DNA of 63,824 nucleotides, filler included, from Octopus bimaculoides (GCF_001194135.2; 7 parts of 7 records of this genome joined end to end with filler, not necessarily neighbours in it), one strand, 5' to 3'; shown: positions 22,188 through 36,100, counted from the first letter of the whole stretch. The notes: a model not told the origin generated them from the letters alone. Made by a program: numbers and translations.

Positions 22188-24050
22188 TGGCTGAAAAACA
22201 GACAGTAGAGCTTATTAAATTGTTTAGGGAACAAATGGACCAGCAAATGCAACAACATAAGAGAGATATGGACACTCTGTTAAAACTGTTTGGTGCTCGA
22301 CAAGTTGAAGGCGATTCCAGTGGCTATTTTTCAGCTGCTTCGACAACAGTGTCGATTCCACCATTTGCTGCATTTGATTCAACGACAGAACTATGGCCTG
22401 ATTACTGGTCAAGATTCCGCATATTTGTGGCTGCTAATGCTGTACCTNNNNNNNNNNNNNNNNNNNNNNNNNNNNNNNNNNNNNNNNNNNNNNNNNNNNN
22501 NNNNNNNNNNNNNNNNNNNNNNNNNNNNNNNNNNNNNNNNNNNNNNNNNNNNNNNNNNNNNNNNNNNNNNNNNNNNNNNNNNNNNNNNNNNNNNNNNNNN
22601 NNNNNNNNNNNNNNNNNNNNNNNNNNNNNNNNNNNNNNNNNNNNNNNGTTTGACCCAAAATTCTTCATTGTGAGAGAGCGTTTCAAGTTTTGGAGTGATA
22701 TGCAACGGAAGCCAGGCGAAACTCTCCAGGAGCTGGCAGCACATATACGTCAGGATGCAGCTACCTGTGATTTTCCATCGATTACCAACCCACAGAATGA
22801 AGCTCTGAGACAGAGATTCATATGTTTGGTCAACAACGAAGCGGTTCTGAAGGCGCTTTTTAAGATCAAAGACACAGAACTAGATTTTGCCCGTGCTATC
22901 CAAGTTGCCATCGAAACTGAAGACGCAGCAAAGGTTGCAAAAGAAACTGTTTACGGTTCCAAAACCAAGCAAGTCTACAAGGTCCAACAGTACAAGAATA
23001 AGATTCCTCAAAAGAACCATCAGCAGTCTTATTCCACAAACCAGGAGAAATGCTATCGATGTGGAAAGGCCCACAAAGTGACAGACTGTCCTTTCAAAGA
23101 ATCCAAATGTCATTTTTGTGACAAAAAGGGACATTTTCAAGCCACTCAAACTCCTGTGAAAAGAATCGCAAAAGCTGAGCTAGTCAAGGCGGTCCTAAGC
23201 GAAGTTTCCCAAGACACTCATAGTTTGATTGTGCCAATAACAATCCAGAACAGACTGTTCACAATGGAATTGGAGACTACCACTACAGGCAATTTTGTTT
23301 CCTTGTCAGTCTGGAAACAACTTGGAAGACCAAAGCTGCAAGATGTCAAGCATCGCTATGAATCTGCCAGCAAGCACGACCTGCCTGTTCTGGGAACTTT
23401 CATGGGCCAAACCAAGGATCCAACAGCCGGTAAGCAGAATCTAATACCTTACATTGTTACCAAGATCTCTGATCTTAATTTTCTGGGACGAAATGCTATC
23501 CAGACTCTGGGAATTTCCGTGGACACTGCTCTAGGTTTGAAAAGCATAGACAGCCAAGCCAAGAGGGAAGATGCAGAAGTGATGTATCCAAAGACCTCAA
23601 GTGAGCCCTATGTTTCCCTGCAACAAGATTGTCACAAGATGTGTGATGAATTCCCAGATCTTTTCAAGCAAGAATTGGGATGTCTCAAGAACTTTGAACT
23701 GGAAGTGAAGTTCAAATCGGACGCAACACCAGTCTTTCACAAGGCACGTCCGGTCCCGTTTGCTCTTCGTGTTGACCTGGCCAAAGGTTATGAAGAAGGC
23801 ATCGCCAAGGGAATCTGGAAGCCAGTCCAGTTCAACGAGTACGGAATGCCAGTGGTACCGATTCGTAAAGCACACGCTTCAAACAACCTGAAGCTCAAAC
23901 TACGGATTTGTGGTGACTACTCTGTGGGAATTAATGACCAACTTGCTGATCACCGTCATCCAATGCCACTCCCTGTTGAACTGATGCAGAAACTCGGAGG
24001 TGGATTCGGATATACAAAGATAGACCTTGCTGATGCCTATAATCAGATCA
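22188..24050 (+). CDS. Gypsy gag-pol polyprotein (Gag, two Zn knuckles, degenerate protease, RT N-terminus); 200-N gap 22448-22647
   Basis: PPFAAFDSTTELWPDYWSRF, ERFKFW..QRKPGET, CYRCGKAH..DC, CHFCDKKGH, MELETTTTGNF, LRICGDY, KIDLADAYNQI. Confidence 0.85.
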
Positions 24051-24094
24051 NNNNNNNNNNNNNNNNNNNNNNNNNNNNNNNNNNNNNNNNNNNN

Positions 24095-24106
24095 TTAATT
24101 AATTAA
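24095..24106. other. Assembly spacer TTAATTAATTAA inside a fixed 100-bp N block (also 51878-51889, 55950-55961, 59748-59759, 61443-61454, 62627-62638)
   Basis: Identical 12-mer giving stops in all six frames, each flanked by 44 N per side. Confidence 0.95.
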
Positions 24107-25230
24107 NNNNNNNNNNNNNNNNNNNNNNNNNNNNNNNNNNNNNNNNNNNNGGGGAAAACTCATTTAAATAAATCGGGTTGTGAACCACTGTTAAGAAGCA
24201 GTGTGAAAAGATTGAGAACCACTGGATTAAAACCTTCAGACAACACACAACACGCAAATGTTTCAATAACTTTCTCTCCTCACTTTTCTTTAGTATTTCA
24301 TAAAGTATTTTTTTTTTTAGAAGATCAGGAATTCGCGAAATACTTTCCTACTGTTTAATGTTGTTTTTGTTTATGAATGCTTGCTGGAGTATTTTCTTTT
24401 AACATTCGTTCAATTGAAATACGAAAATGTCTCAAAATATTACGTTTAGTAACGTCGATAATATATAAGTGAAAAACTTTTTGTATGTATTTTCTCTTCA
24501 TAACAGCTTCACAAATATTGATTACTGACTCTATAGGCCAGACACATATATTTCAACACCTTAGAACTCCTATAATCTCCCCTTTACGAAAACTAATTGT
24601 CAGTATTAAAGGTTTTAAAAGGGAAAATGTACTTCCGTCTTGCAATTGATGATATTTCATTGAAATTATAATGTGAGAGCGATGTAAAATATTTCGATAG
24701 AATGTAAACAAAATCAATTGAATGTACGTTCTGGTTTGTTAATAGTCTACGAGAATTCATAAAGAAAAGATAGTATTTTCTCATAGTCTTAATTTACTTC
24801 ACATTATGTTGGTTTTATTTCCGGTTTGTAGTAAATATCCAAAAGATGTAAACACTTTTGAAAGCAAATGATATTTTTCAAAACTATGTAAGCCAGCTAA
24901 CGGATATTTTCCTTCCTTTTTACTTTCGGGTTTGCCGTGATTGAATTTGTCTATGTCGATATGTCCTAACCATGGTAATTCTGATTTTTCTTGACAGCTA
25001 AATTGTATAATTCTTTGAAAGAAATTTTATAATAGATAATATAATAGTTAAGTTTAAGATCCGAGTTCAAATATTAAATTTTACATGTTACGGATTACAT
25101 CACATTTTTAAAAAGAAATCTACATTATAAAATGCCTATTACTTGTCGGTAGATGTTTTAGAGTGATGATGTTTATGATTTAATTTCAAATCCCTTGGAG
25201 AGTAATGTTACTTTCATTATTCCAGGTAAA

Positions 25231-25395
25231 TAAGGCGGCAATCTTACGGAATCATTAGCCACAGGTCAAAGTACTTAGCAGTATGTGACATGTCCTCAAG
25301 TTCAGAGTTCAGAAGATTCTTGAGGTTGATGTAATCGACTAGCTCTCCTCCAAAATTGAAGGTCTTTTGCCTATTGTAGACGGGATTATTTGAGG
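25231..25395 (+). mobile_element. Degenerate SINE, same family as 62795-63010
   Basis: ggcggc..gaatcattagc..cttagc..gatgtaatcgact..ccaaaattg matches the reverse complement of 62795-63010. Confidence 0.65.
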
Positions 25396-27373
25396 TAAAA
25401 TACCAAATTTGAAATGAAGGAATTTTTTCCTCTCAGTATTACGATCTTATCTCTCATACATCGTCTCTCCCTGGAGTGGAAATAAGGAGAATTATTCGGT
25501 TCACTGAATTTAAAACACACCAAGACCTGTCTTATGACGCATTCCTACATTTCAATCAGAAGATTTCGTTACACAATGTAAAGATTTAGTTCTTACGGTA
25601 GACTGTCTTTGCTGTAGCTGTTGCAATTAAACCGACTGACAATCAAAGCTATTCTAACCATGTTGAAGTCATCCTTCGGCATTATGAGAGTTTGAGATTT
25701 GCTGAGAGATTCGATAAATTCGAAATAAATTATTCAATTTAGGCCTACTCATTGTGAGATGAACTTATATTTTGAGGATAACTTGCTATTTGAATAGGTA
25801 GCACTAGCTTTCATCGCTGTGCTTTACCAAGTGGAGGACATAGAAACAGTAGAGCAAAACAACGGGTACTTTTCATGTACTGCTATTTCATATTCTGGAG
25901 GCAATGCAATAAAGAAAAATTGTACATAGCCTCCAATACAGGTAAAAGGGAAATAAAACTGTATGCTCAAAATGATGACAGACCTGCATACTTTCACCTG
26001 AATTGACTCTGATTAAGGTACCTAATGTAGCAAGCATTACAATTAAACTAGGGACAAAACACACTAAAAATAGTGTACGCTAGAATGTGAACTCACACCA
26101 CAACACAATGTGAGAATGACAGCCCACAATGTACCGAGCCAACATTCTGACACTTTGTGTTATCACCACCTCAGTCTAGTGTATTTTTTTGCGTCATAAA
26201 CTACTAACGGATATGAACACATAATGCGAAAATTCCGGTAAAAAAATCCATCGTTTCTAAAATGATGTTAACCCCATTTTATCTAACAGTGAGAAAAACA
26301 GAGCAGTTGAATGCTCATGAAAAATGAACGTACGACGCATAATACGAATTCACATGTCAACCATTTATTATTGTTCGACCACACTATCACTTCATTCCCA
26401 AAATCTCATGCACACCTATACATACATTGACTTTTTTAATTATATGGTTGTAAGCAAATGAATACAAAAAAAAAAGAAAGGAAAAGAAGTTGAAATCTTA
26501 TGAAAATAATTATCTAAAAGATATGTATTTCTATGGAAACGGATGTATTGATGGCTAGTTGTATATGCCTGGTAGACCATCGCCGCAAGAACTTTTTCTA
26601 CACGGGAGTGAAGTAAAACAAATGCTGAGATTAACTCAGTGAGTAAATGTCATTGTACTTTAAGCGGATGAACGTCTGTTAAAGTTTATACATCACACAT
26701 GAGTGCATAGCATGCTTATAAGGCTACTTATGTTGTTAAGCTACTGCTCAAATATGTGCATATATTATTAAGTCATTTCCTTTGACGAGGAAAAAGTGAC
26801 AGTTGACATTTCTGTTGAAAATCTAACATCAACAGCGAAATACCTTGCTCTAATAAACCGACATTCATTAATGGGAATAAACCACTTAAGTGTCCAGTTC
26901 TTAATTAAGCCATTATGGCGTCAGGTTTTCAGACTCTGTTTACTATTTAAGTAGTTTCAGTTGACGATGGATAACGGCAATAGATGCAACTTTAATTTCA
27001 GAAATCAGTACTTAGTTGTACGTACAGCATCTAGTTTCAACATATTCAATATTGTGTGTGTCTCTCTACGCATATATTACATATATGCATACACATATCT
27101 GTGTACATATGTATATGTATGAATCTCTCACTTGTTCGTTTTCTATTCTATGAACTACTGGTACGTATGTATGTAATACAAATCTTTACATATGTATATA
27201 TTCTCGTCAATGTCTTTAAATAAATAGACATAATATAATTTATTACTCTAAATAGTGAAATTGCCACGCAATAACCAGCACTTTTGCATTAGTAATTTGG
27301 TACGCTACCAGCAGTATATTAGATATGTACTATCCCTTAGTTGGTTGGACTAACAACCTCTAACTCTCACTGG

Positions 27374-27414
<41 letters not shown>

Positions 27415-27624
27415 NNNNNNNNNNNNNNNNNNNNNNNNNNNNNNNNNNNNNNNNNNNNNNNNNNNNNNNNNNNNNNNNNNNNNNNNNNNNNNNNNNNNNN
27501 NNNNNNNNNNNNNNNNNNNNNNNNNNNNNNNNNNNNNNNNNNNNNNNNNNNNNNNNNNNNNNNNNNNNNNNNNNNNNNNNNNNNNNNNNNNNNNNNNNNN
27601 NNNNNNNNNNNNNNNNNNNAAAGA

Positions 27625-27725
27625 GGAAAAGACAATTGTTGCGACTCGCAAACGTCACTAGCAGGCCTAATATGGAGATTAAAAGTGGAGGAACTAAATT
27701 TGAAATAGAATGGTCAATAGAAAAA
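27625..27725 (+). mobile_element. Possible PLE GIY-YIG C-terminal fragment
   Basis: SQTSLAGLIWRLK and, after a frameshift, KFEIEWSIEK resemble ST.L..HI..LK...WSI at 14180-14255. Confidence 0.4.
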
Positions 27726-28038
27726 GAAAATTAACTACGGTATTAATGTATTATCCGGGTATGTGACTAGTGAATTGAAGACACTTTGTGTGTATCATGT
27801 TGAGGAAAGAAAACTTCGTAAAAGCAGGGTGAGAAAATCCCAACATGTTGCCACCACTTGAAATATGCGATTTCACGATACTGCACAGAAGAAAAATAAG
27901 AATACTTCACTGAACCCCCCCCCCATCGTTTCTTATAAAAATACTAGTAATATAAAAATAACGAAGATAACAGAATATGTGCGCATGTGGGAGCATATGC
28001 AAACACGCTCGCATGTATACACGCACACACACACACAA

Positions 28039-28105
<67 letters not shown>

Positions 28106-28115
28106 NNNNNNNNNN

Positions 28116-28176
<61 letters not shown>

Positions 28177-28619
28177 AACACTTATTTGTGTGCTGCTGTA
28201 TATAAAAGCATACCGAACATCGATGGGAGAAGAAAATCATCCTACTAGTGTGCGTGAGTGTGCCAGATACATTTCTCACCTGGTCATTATTTACCATGTG
28301 TATCATTGACATATCTGACGCTCCAAAATATAAATAACTCAAGGCAAAATATCTTTCATTGAAGGTCCTCCTTCATAATGCAGCAGGAATTCCTAAGTTT
28401 ATTGTCTACGTGCCAAACAAAACCAATTTTAGCCAAAATCATTTGATTATCCTGTTGCGCAGTGGTGTAATGACGTATGTGACAGAAGGGGATAATTTTG
28501 ATTTAAAATTTGATTCTTGACTTGTCAGTAAATGATTACTTCTACTTTTAAGACACAAAAAGTTATGGGATTTTGGGATAATCCATTCTCTATTACAGAT
28601 ACTTTCCATTTTAAAAGCG

Positions 28620-28938
28620 ATGTCAGCAGGAGGCAATATTTTCAAGAACACGATAAGTTCTGCAGCAAGGTACCAACATTTCACATGCTTCGGAATACTT
28701 GAGTAAGGAGCCTGAAGTCGAAATTGTCACTCGTACAGTTGTAGAGGCAAGGAACTGAATAACGTGTGCTGCGATGCCATGGTGTATTAGTGAACTTTGA
28801 GGTCTGAAGTAAATTAATATGAATGTATCTTTACAAAAAACAATGAATTTTGAGGAGATAATCGACATGAAAACAGTGGCATGTGAGAAGAACAAAGATA
28901 GCCAGCTTCATGGCTCAGTATGCCTCATCTCTCCTTAA
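28620..28938 (+). pseudogene. Decayed coding-like frame of unidentified family
   Basis: QQGTNISHASEYLSKEPEVEIVTRTVVEARN*ITCAAMPWCISEL*GLK*INMNVSLQKTMNFEEIIDMKTVACEKNKDSQLHGSVCLISP*; the internal stops are TGA/TGA/TAA, one C>T change from CGA/CGA/CAA. Confidence 0.35.
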
Positions 28939-29719
28939 ATTATAATGAATCAAGTGCGAAACATTTAATGGGAAAAGATTTGCAATACATTCCGACATTC
29001 TCACACGTATTTCGTTTAGACATTTAACCAGTTTTCTTCTAGTCCAATTGCTTTTTGTACAGAAACATAAGACTCTGACAGTCGTCCTGCAGCAAAAACA
29101 ATTTTTCCATGTCTCTTCTCTACATGAATAATTTCAAAATCTGCCACCAACGTTCTGGCCTTGGCTATGGCTGAACATCACAAATTTGAATGTCAAAATG
29201 TAAAATTTTTCAGATGTTAAAATATATTATACTCTCCATAACTAACTTTTGTATTTCTTTTTTGACCGCTCGAATGATTACTTTTTCTGACAATTTTTTT
29301 ATGTATCAAGTAATGAAAACTTTAATGGCTTAGTTAATATCCGTTACTTTTTAGTATCTTCACGGGAATTGAGACGAGTATGATTTTGTTTTCTCATAAA
29401 TTTAGATTGTTTCTGTTTATTTATTCCTGTCTGTTAAGTCGTCGTTTATTCATTACATTATGTTATATGCATCTTAAAAATTCTCTTTTTTAATAATATT
29501 TGCATGTACACCGTTTTTTATTTGATTCAGGAGAGAATTTCACTTAACAATGTAGGTTGTTGATGTCATAACGGAAATTTTGTGCAGAAGAATGAGGTCC
29601 GGTTATTAGAGGTAGCAAGAATGATATTAGGAAAATTAGTAATATCAACATAGAGACACACTCACTGAATTATGGAAGTGGAATGCTGTATTTGCTGGCT
29701 TTCTATAGACTCAAAGTGA

Positions 29720-31110
29720 CAGACTTCGAACGTGTAAAAAATTATCCACATTATTATTGGTATTAATCTTATCGATGTTGGTCATATTATTAACGCGGTT
29801 GTTAGATATGTTTGGAGGTTGATTAGTGCTGTGATAATTGTCTTGGGCATTTATGTTGTTCCGGTTATTTGTATAATGTTCAAAGTATAGGTATTAAAGT
29901 TTTTCTTTATAATCTGCTTTTTCTAATGCGCTATTGTAGAATTCTTTATACTTATTAAAGATATCTAGGTTAGAAGAGATGCGTGAAATTCTTTTACTAA
30001 TGCTACGTACTGGTCCTCTTTTGATAAAGTTTGGATGGTTATTGGATGTGCTTATATACTTCAGGTTTGTATTATGTTTTATGTAGGGTTCGAGGAGGTC
30101 CGTGGCTAGGTCGTAGTTGGCGTCTAGGTAACTTATAGAGTTATTTTCCATTTCTATAGCAATAGTTAGGCCGAATCTTTTAAAAAGTGTATATTATTTT
30201 TTTGTAATTATTTCTAATCTCCTATTTGAGAATAGTGCTTCGTCCCTCTATAGCGTACCCTTGGTTTCTGGGAATTCTCCTTGTATGTATGATAACAAAT
30301 AAATACCTATTAAGTCTGTTACCCGCCCTGAATCTGGGGCTCCCATGGTGATATCGAAGTTATTAGGTGAGTCTTTTCTTACCCATAATTTATTATCGAA
30401 AGGTATTTCTGATTTTCTCGCATCTAAGATGACATAGATTTCCTTCATTGCTAACTGTGTATGAATTTTAGCGAAGATAAGAGCGCTATTAAGGGTCGTA
30501 AGGTTAATAGATGAGTAGTAGTCTTTTATGTCTATTTGTAGGAACTTGTAGTTTTTCTTGTTCTGTATTATGGAGAATCAGTTTAATGTTTCCTAGGTGT
30601 TGGACCATGGTTCTAGGGCTATCATATTCTTTAATTTAGGGATATATTTATCTAATATTAATTTACTTAATTTGCATAGGTCGGACTTATTGGGGCATAT
30701 TAATCTAGCTTTCGTATCTGTTAAGAAATTAGGTTTATGGGTTTTTTTTATTGTTACGCAGAGTCTGGAAGATAAGAACGGCTCGGTTTTCTCATCTATG
30801 TTATAGTCTGTCATAATGTTCTTGGCTGCTAAGTTCATAGATCTTAAGGTGCTGTTGGGTGCTATTTTGTATCTTTATGCAATTACTTTATGAACCAGCT
30901 GGTGTTATAAATTTATACCCAGTGTGTAAGAATTCCTTGTTTTATCGGAGTGTACCATAATTCCCTTTTGCAATTTCAGTTCATATAGTAGGTATGTTAG
31001 GTTTTTTGGTAGCTGTTTTTTTCTTAGTGGGTGTCGTTTGAATTGTTCTCCCTCTATTTCTCGCTCTATTTTCCTCTTTGTCTATCTCTGCCTTTTTCGT
31101 ACTGAAGACG
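29720..31110 (-). mobile_element. Penelope-like element reverse transcriptase, decayed; endonuclease missing
   Basis: VHSDKTRN, HKPNFL..ARLICPNKSDL..LSKLIL, FLQIDIKDYYSSI, FDITMGAPDSG, GTL*RDEA (LYRDD-type motif), SYLDA, SNNHPNFI..SKRISRISS, then an Asn-rich linker. Confidence 0.85.
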
Positions 31111-31917
31111 TCTAACATTTGCAACGAGCTAATACATATTTACCTCAACATGGTACACAGTAACAGCTGTAAACTCACGCTCACTTTCACTTTGCTTAAC
31201 TAATTAAACAATGGCTCTTTAGCACCAAGGATACACTTCTATTTGTTGTTTTTCTCCATTTTCTGATCGTCTATATACACATTGAACTACGGTTTACCAA
31301 GAACCATATTTACGGAGGTAATTATCAGGTGTGCCTCTGGATACTTCTATCACTTAGAGGGCTTAACACCGCTAAGTTTTAGCTTATATAAACACTTATC
31401 CATATATACTCATNNNNNNNNNNNNNNNNNNNNNNNNNNNNNNNNNNNNNNNNNNNNNNNNNNNNNNNNNNNNNNNNNNNNNNNNNNNNNNNNNNNNNNN
31501 NNNNNNNNNNNNNNNNNNNNNNNNNNNNNNNNNNNNNNNNNNNNNNNNNNNNNNNNNNNNNNNNNNNNNNNNNNNNNNNNNNNNNNNNNNNNNNNNNNNN
31601 NNNNNNNNNNNNNNNNNNNNNNNNNNNNNNNNNNNNNNNNNNNNNNNNNNNNNNNNNNNNNNNNNNNNNNNNNNNNNNNNNNNNNNNNNNNNNNNNNNNN
31701 NNNNNNNNNNNNNNNNNNNNNNNNNNNNNNNNNNNNNNNNNNNNNNNNNNNNNNNNNNNNNNNNNNNNNNNNNNNNNNNNNNNNNNNNNNNNNNNNNNNN
31801 NNNNNNNNNNNNNNNNNNNNNNNNNNNNNNNNNNNNNNNNNNNNNNNNNNNNNNNNNNNNNNNNNNNNNNNNNNNNNNNNNNNNNNNNNNNNNNNNNNNN
31901 NNNNNNNNNNNNNNNNN

Positions 31918-31997
<80 letters not shown>

Positions 31998-32912
31998 GTG
32001 TGTATATATATCTAAGCACGTATGTATATATACGGGTACGGTTAGGGGAGCGCGAGGAGTGCAGATGTGTGTATAAGGCATTGTTCAAAAGTATAGCACT
32101 ATGGCTTCATGCCTGTACTAAACACATGGAGCGTATCATATCCTTTTAGGATAAGTGCTTGTTGGGTGGCATCCGTAATAAAGACGACAGTATTTATAAG
32201 GCAAAATTCAAATCTATGCAGCAGAAAGTTGTTTCGACCCTAGATCTCAATAATGCTTTCACAGAACATCTGATAAAATAAAAAGAATCACAATCCATCT
32301 ATCAGAAACGTTGAGAAAGAAAGTGTAGCTTGCGAATTAGATCTGGTTTTCAAATATGAAATTTATGAGAATCAGTATCAACTAGAGAATTGTCGAAAAA
32401 TATTGGAATTAAGTAAAATAAAATATTCATCTAACATCTGCCCAGTCAAAAACAGGTAATCCAGAGAAACTCACTGAGATCATGAATATATTTGAATACC
32501 AGTATGTTTGCTTTACATGATTAGATTATTGCTCTCTTACACAAACAGAGTATTCACCCAGAATATCCAACGACATTCCCGAAATCTAGATCATTTCCAT
32601 TGCTTTAACATAGCATTCTTTTTGTTTGTTCGTTTCTTTCTGTCATTCTTTCTTCTGCTATTTCTTTCTTCTGCTTTCTTCTATATTCTCCCTATATTTC
32701 CTCTCAATATTTGAAATGTAACACTATAACTAATGTGCACATTACTCAAATCATACATTATAGTTTAAATTCCTCCCTAAATAAAAGTATATAGTTAAAC
32801 AGTAATTACACTTTGGCATATCGATTTACAAATCGACAGGCTAAATGCGGAGGCAGTATCATTTATAAGATTATCAGGTCTGTATTTCTCTTCATATACA
32901 TACATATATATG

Positions 32913-32944
<32 letters not shown>

Positions 32945-34009
32945 NNNNNNNNNNNNNNNNNNNNNNNNNNNNNNNNNNNNNNNNNNNNNNNNNNNNNNNN
33001 NNNNNNNNNNNNNNNNNNNNNNNNNNNNNNNNNNNNNNNNNNNNNNNNNNNNNNNNNNNNNNNNNNNNNNNNNNNNNNNNNNNNNNNNNNNNNNNNNNNN
33101 NNNNNNNNNNNNNNNNNNNNNNNNNNNNNNNNNNNNNNNNNNNNNNNNNNNNNNNNNNNNNNNNNNNNNNNNNNNNNNNNNNNNNNNNNNNNNNNNNNNN
33201 NNNNNNNNNNNNNNNNNNNNNNNNNNNNNNNNNNNNNNNNNNNNNNNNNNNNNNNNNNNNNNNNNNNNNNNNNNNNNNNNNNNNNNNNNNNNNNNNNNNN
33301 NNNNNNNNNNNNNNNNNNNNNNNNNNNNNNNNNNNNNNNNNNNNNNNNNNNNNNNNNNNNNNNNNNNNNNNNNNNNNNNNNNNNNNNNNNNNNNNNNNNN
33401 NNNNNNNNNNNNNNNNNNNNNNNNNNNNNNNNNNNNNNNNNNNNNNNNNNATATATATAAATATATATATATATGACTTGTTGGAACATGGTATTTCGTT
33501 ATGTAACCATACTATTCTACCATGTATGTTAAGTAATTTATAAATCAATACTGTGCTATACTGTGTTAGCAGTGCTGTAAACTATCTGTAGAGATAACAT
33601 GAACAAGTGAATTAATAGTACTGCTCACACTGTTAAACACAATCTTGATTTATAAAATATTTAATATACTTCGTAGAATATTATGGCTGCGTAAGAAAAT
33701 ACGGTATCCTTACAATTCACTAATATGTAACATCTGTTAGGAATGTGTTTGAGATGTAAAATCGGTATATCAGATACTGACTGTAGATATCGTGTCTATT
33801 TAAGCAATGTGTTCGTGGATAGTTAATGAGTTGGATGTGGTGTTGATGCCGGACCAAGAGATGTTAAAATATTGCCTGTATTGCCTCTTTTCCAATTACG
33901 ATTTTATTGTAGATTACATTAGGCGCATTCGGATACCAAACGTTTTAGCAAATCAGCGGTGGCTATAAGCTGTAAGGAAAATGTGTAGAGATAACCTTAA
34001 CAACTAATC

Positions 34010-34063
<54 letters not shown>

Positions 34064-34197
34064 NNNNNNNNNNNNNNNNNNNNNNNNNNNNNNNNNNNNN
34101 NNNNNNNNNNNNNNNNTGTCTGTCTGTGTTGTGTGTGTGTGTGTGTGTGTTAGATAAACAGACGGACAGACAGATAGATAGATAGCTAGATAGATAA

Positions 34198-34249
<52 letters not shown>

Positions 34250-36069
34250 ATAGACAGACAGATAGATATACACATACTTATATGAAGTCATATATTAAAC
34301 GTATATTTGTGTTTTGCTCTGTGTGTGAATGTGTGTGTATGCATGCGTTTGTGCGGTGCGAACTATTTATTCTGAATTTATTAAAATTTCTCTCGTCAAT
34401 CGAAAAAATATAAAACATTACATTTAATTCTACCAACGGCTATCAAATTAACAGTAATTTGTGAATATAATTTTCATATTTATTAATATTGATGCATGCT
34501 TAGTTTTGCGTACAATAAACAGTTTAGATGTGTTCCTTGTGTAGAACAGAATTATAGTAGAACAGTATAATTTTGATTTCATCAACTCTGAAATTTCCTT
34601 CTCTTCTGTAAATTAAAATCGACAAAATATTGTACGGAAAGTGATAATATATGAAACTAAAACGAAATGAATCCAATTAACCGACTTGCAAAAAGAATTT
34701 ATCGTATAACTGAAATTCATCTATTATTTGTTGCACGCTGTATGGCAATATGCAGTTTTCTCTGGTGGGCTACACATTGTATTAGATATGTTAGGCATAC
34801 AAGGGTTTTCATTAGTATCAATCGTTTTTATTCTAGTAGAATATTAAAATGAACGAGACAGTATGTCTATGGGTTATAGACAATAAAATTTCCGTGAGTG
34901 AGATTATGACATTTAGGTGCATAGTTAACTTTTGGATCTATCCGGATTGCTTATTTCAGATGTATGTAATCCCCACTAACACCTGCATTATAATATTATA
35001 TGCTCCCTATATATGAGAACAATGTTCCATCGTGCCTAGGTAAGCAGTGGTTGTACAGGGCAATTACAATTTATTTACTCATGTCAGCTTTACGTCTAAT
35101 AATTAAAGCTGGCTGATAATGAAGTTTTTCCAATAATTCTAGGAAATGAAATAGTGGTTGATCATTGTTAGAGCACTTTGAATGAAATGTCCACTCTCTG
35201 AGAAATTATTCGTGATTAAAAAACAACAATGTAGCCATAATATATTTTATATGAACGCTTCTGTCTTTGTATGCCTTTGAAACCTAGCACGGTCTTCTAT
35301 GTTCACTTCCGAATATATAATCGCATTTATTTGTCATCACTTTATCGGTTTTTGAATGAAATTTTCGAATAAGGATCACAATTAGGTGACCAAGGTTGAA
35401 AAAGGAATGGAATTAAACACGGAAATATAAAAAAAAAAGGCGTAGTGCATTGTCATCAATAACGCTTACATAAGAAAGATAACAAATTTATAATTTCTTT
35501 CTCTCTCCCTTACTTCCTCTATGGTTCGCCTTCACAAAACATTTATCATTCTTTGTAATGTCTGCGGACGTGGCTTTCATCACTAAACACTGAAAAAATC
35601 CAGATCGTCTAAATATGTCTGGTGAAAGAAAATTTCTTTAAAGGTACTATAATATATGCAATAAAATCTTTACATACCTTCTTAGTTTGGAGTTTTGAAA
35701 TCTCATTAGAGATGACAAGTGCAAGAGAGAATAAAANNNNNNNNNNNNNNNNNNNNNNNNNNNNNNNNNNNNNNNNNNNNNNNNNNNNNNNNNNNNNNNN
35801 NNNNNNNNNNNNNNNNNNNNNNNNNNNNNNNNNNNNNNNNNNNNNNNNNNNNNNNNNNNNNNNNNNNNNNNNNNNNNNNNNNNNNNNNNNNNNNNNNNNN
35901 NNNNNNNNNNNNNNNNNNNNNNNNNNNNNNNNNNNNNNNNNNNNNNNNNNNNNNNNNNNNNNNNNNNNNNNNNNNNNNNNNNNNNNNNNNNNNNNNNNNN
36001 NNNNNNNNNNNNNNNNNNNNNNNNNNNNNNNNNNNNNNNNNNNNATATATATATATGTATATATATATG

Positions 36070-36100
<31 letters not shown>

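Larger units (their letters stand above)
21662..24050 (+). mobile_element. Ty3/Gypsy LTR retrotransposon, Mag-like: 5' LTR, PBS, gag-pro-RT(N); 3' part lost at assembly join
   Basis: LTR ends ...aatacaaca at 22119 (start at TG 21662 is tentative); PBS at 22128; single gag-pol frame. Confidence 0.88.

Noticed and set aside
24095-24106. TTAATTAATTAA as a biological motif (homeodomain sites or PacI cluster)
   Set aside because: Always centred in an exact 100-bp N block; an assembly spacer.
27865-28342. HT/YI/CV-repeat ORFs (also 16163-16642, 35647-36545, 45989-46261)
   Set aside because: Translations of (CA)n, (TA)n and (TG)n microsatellites.
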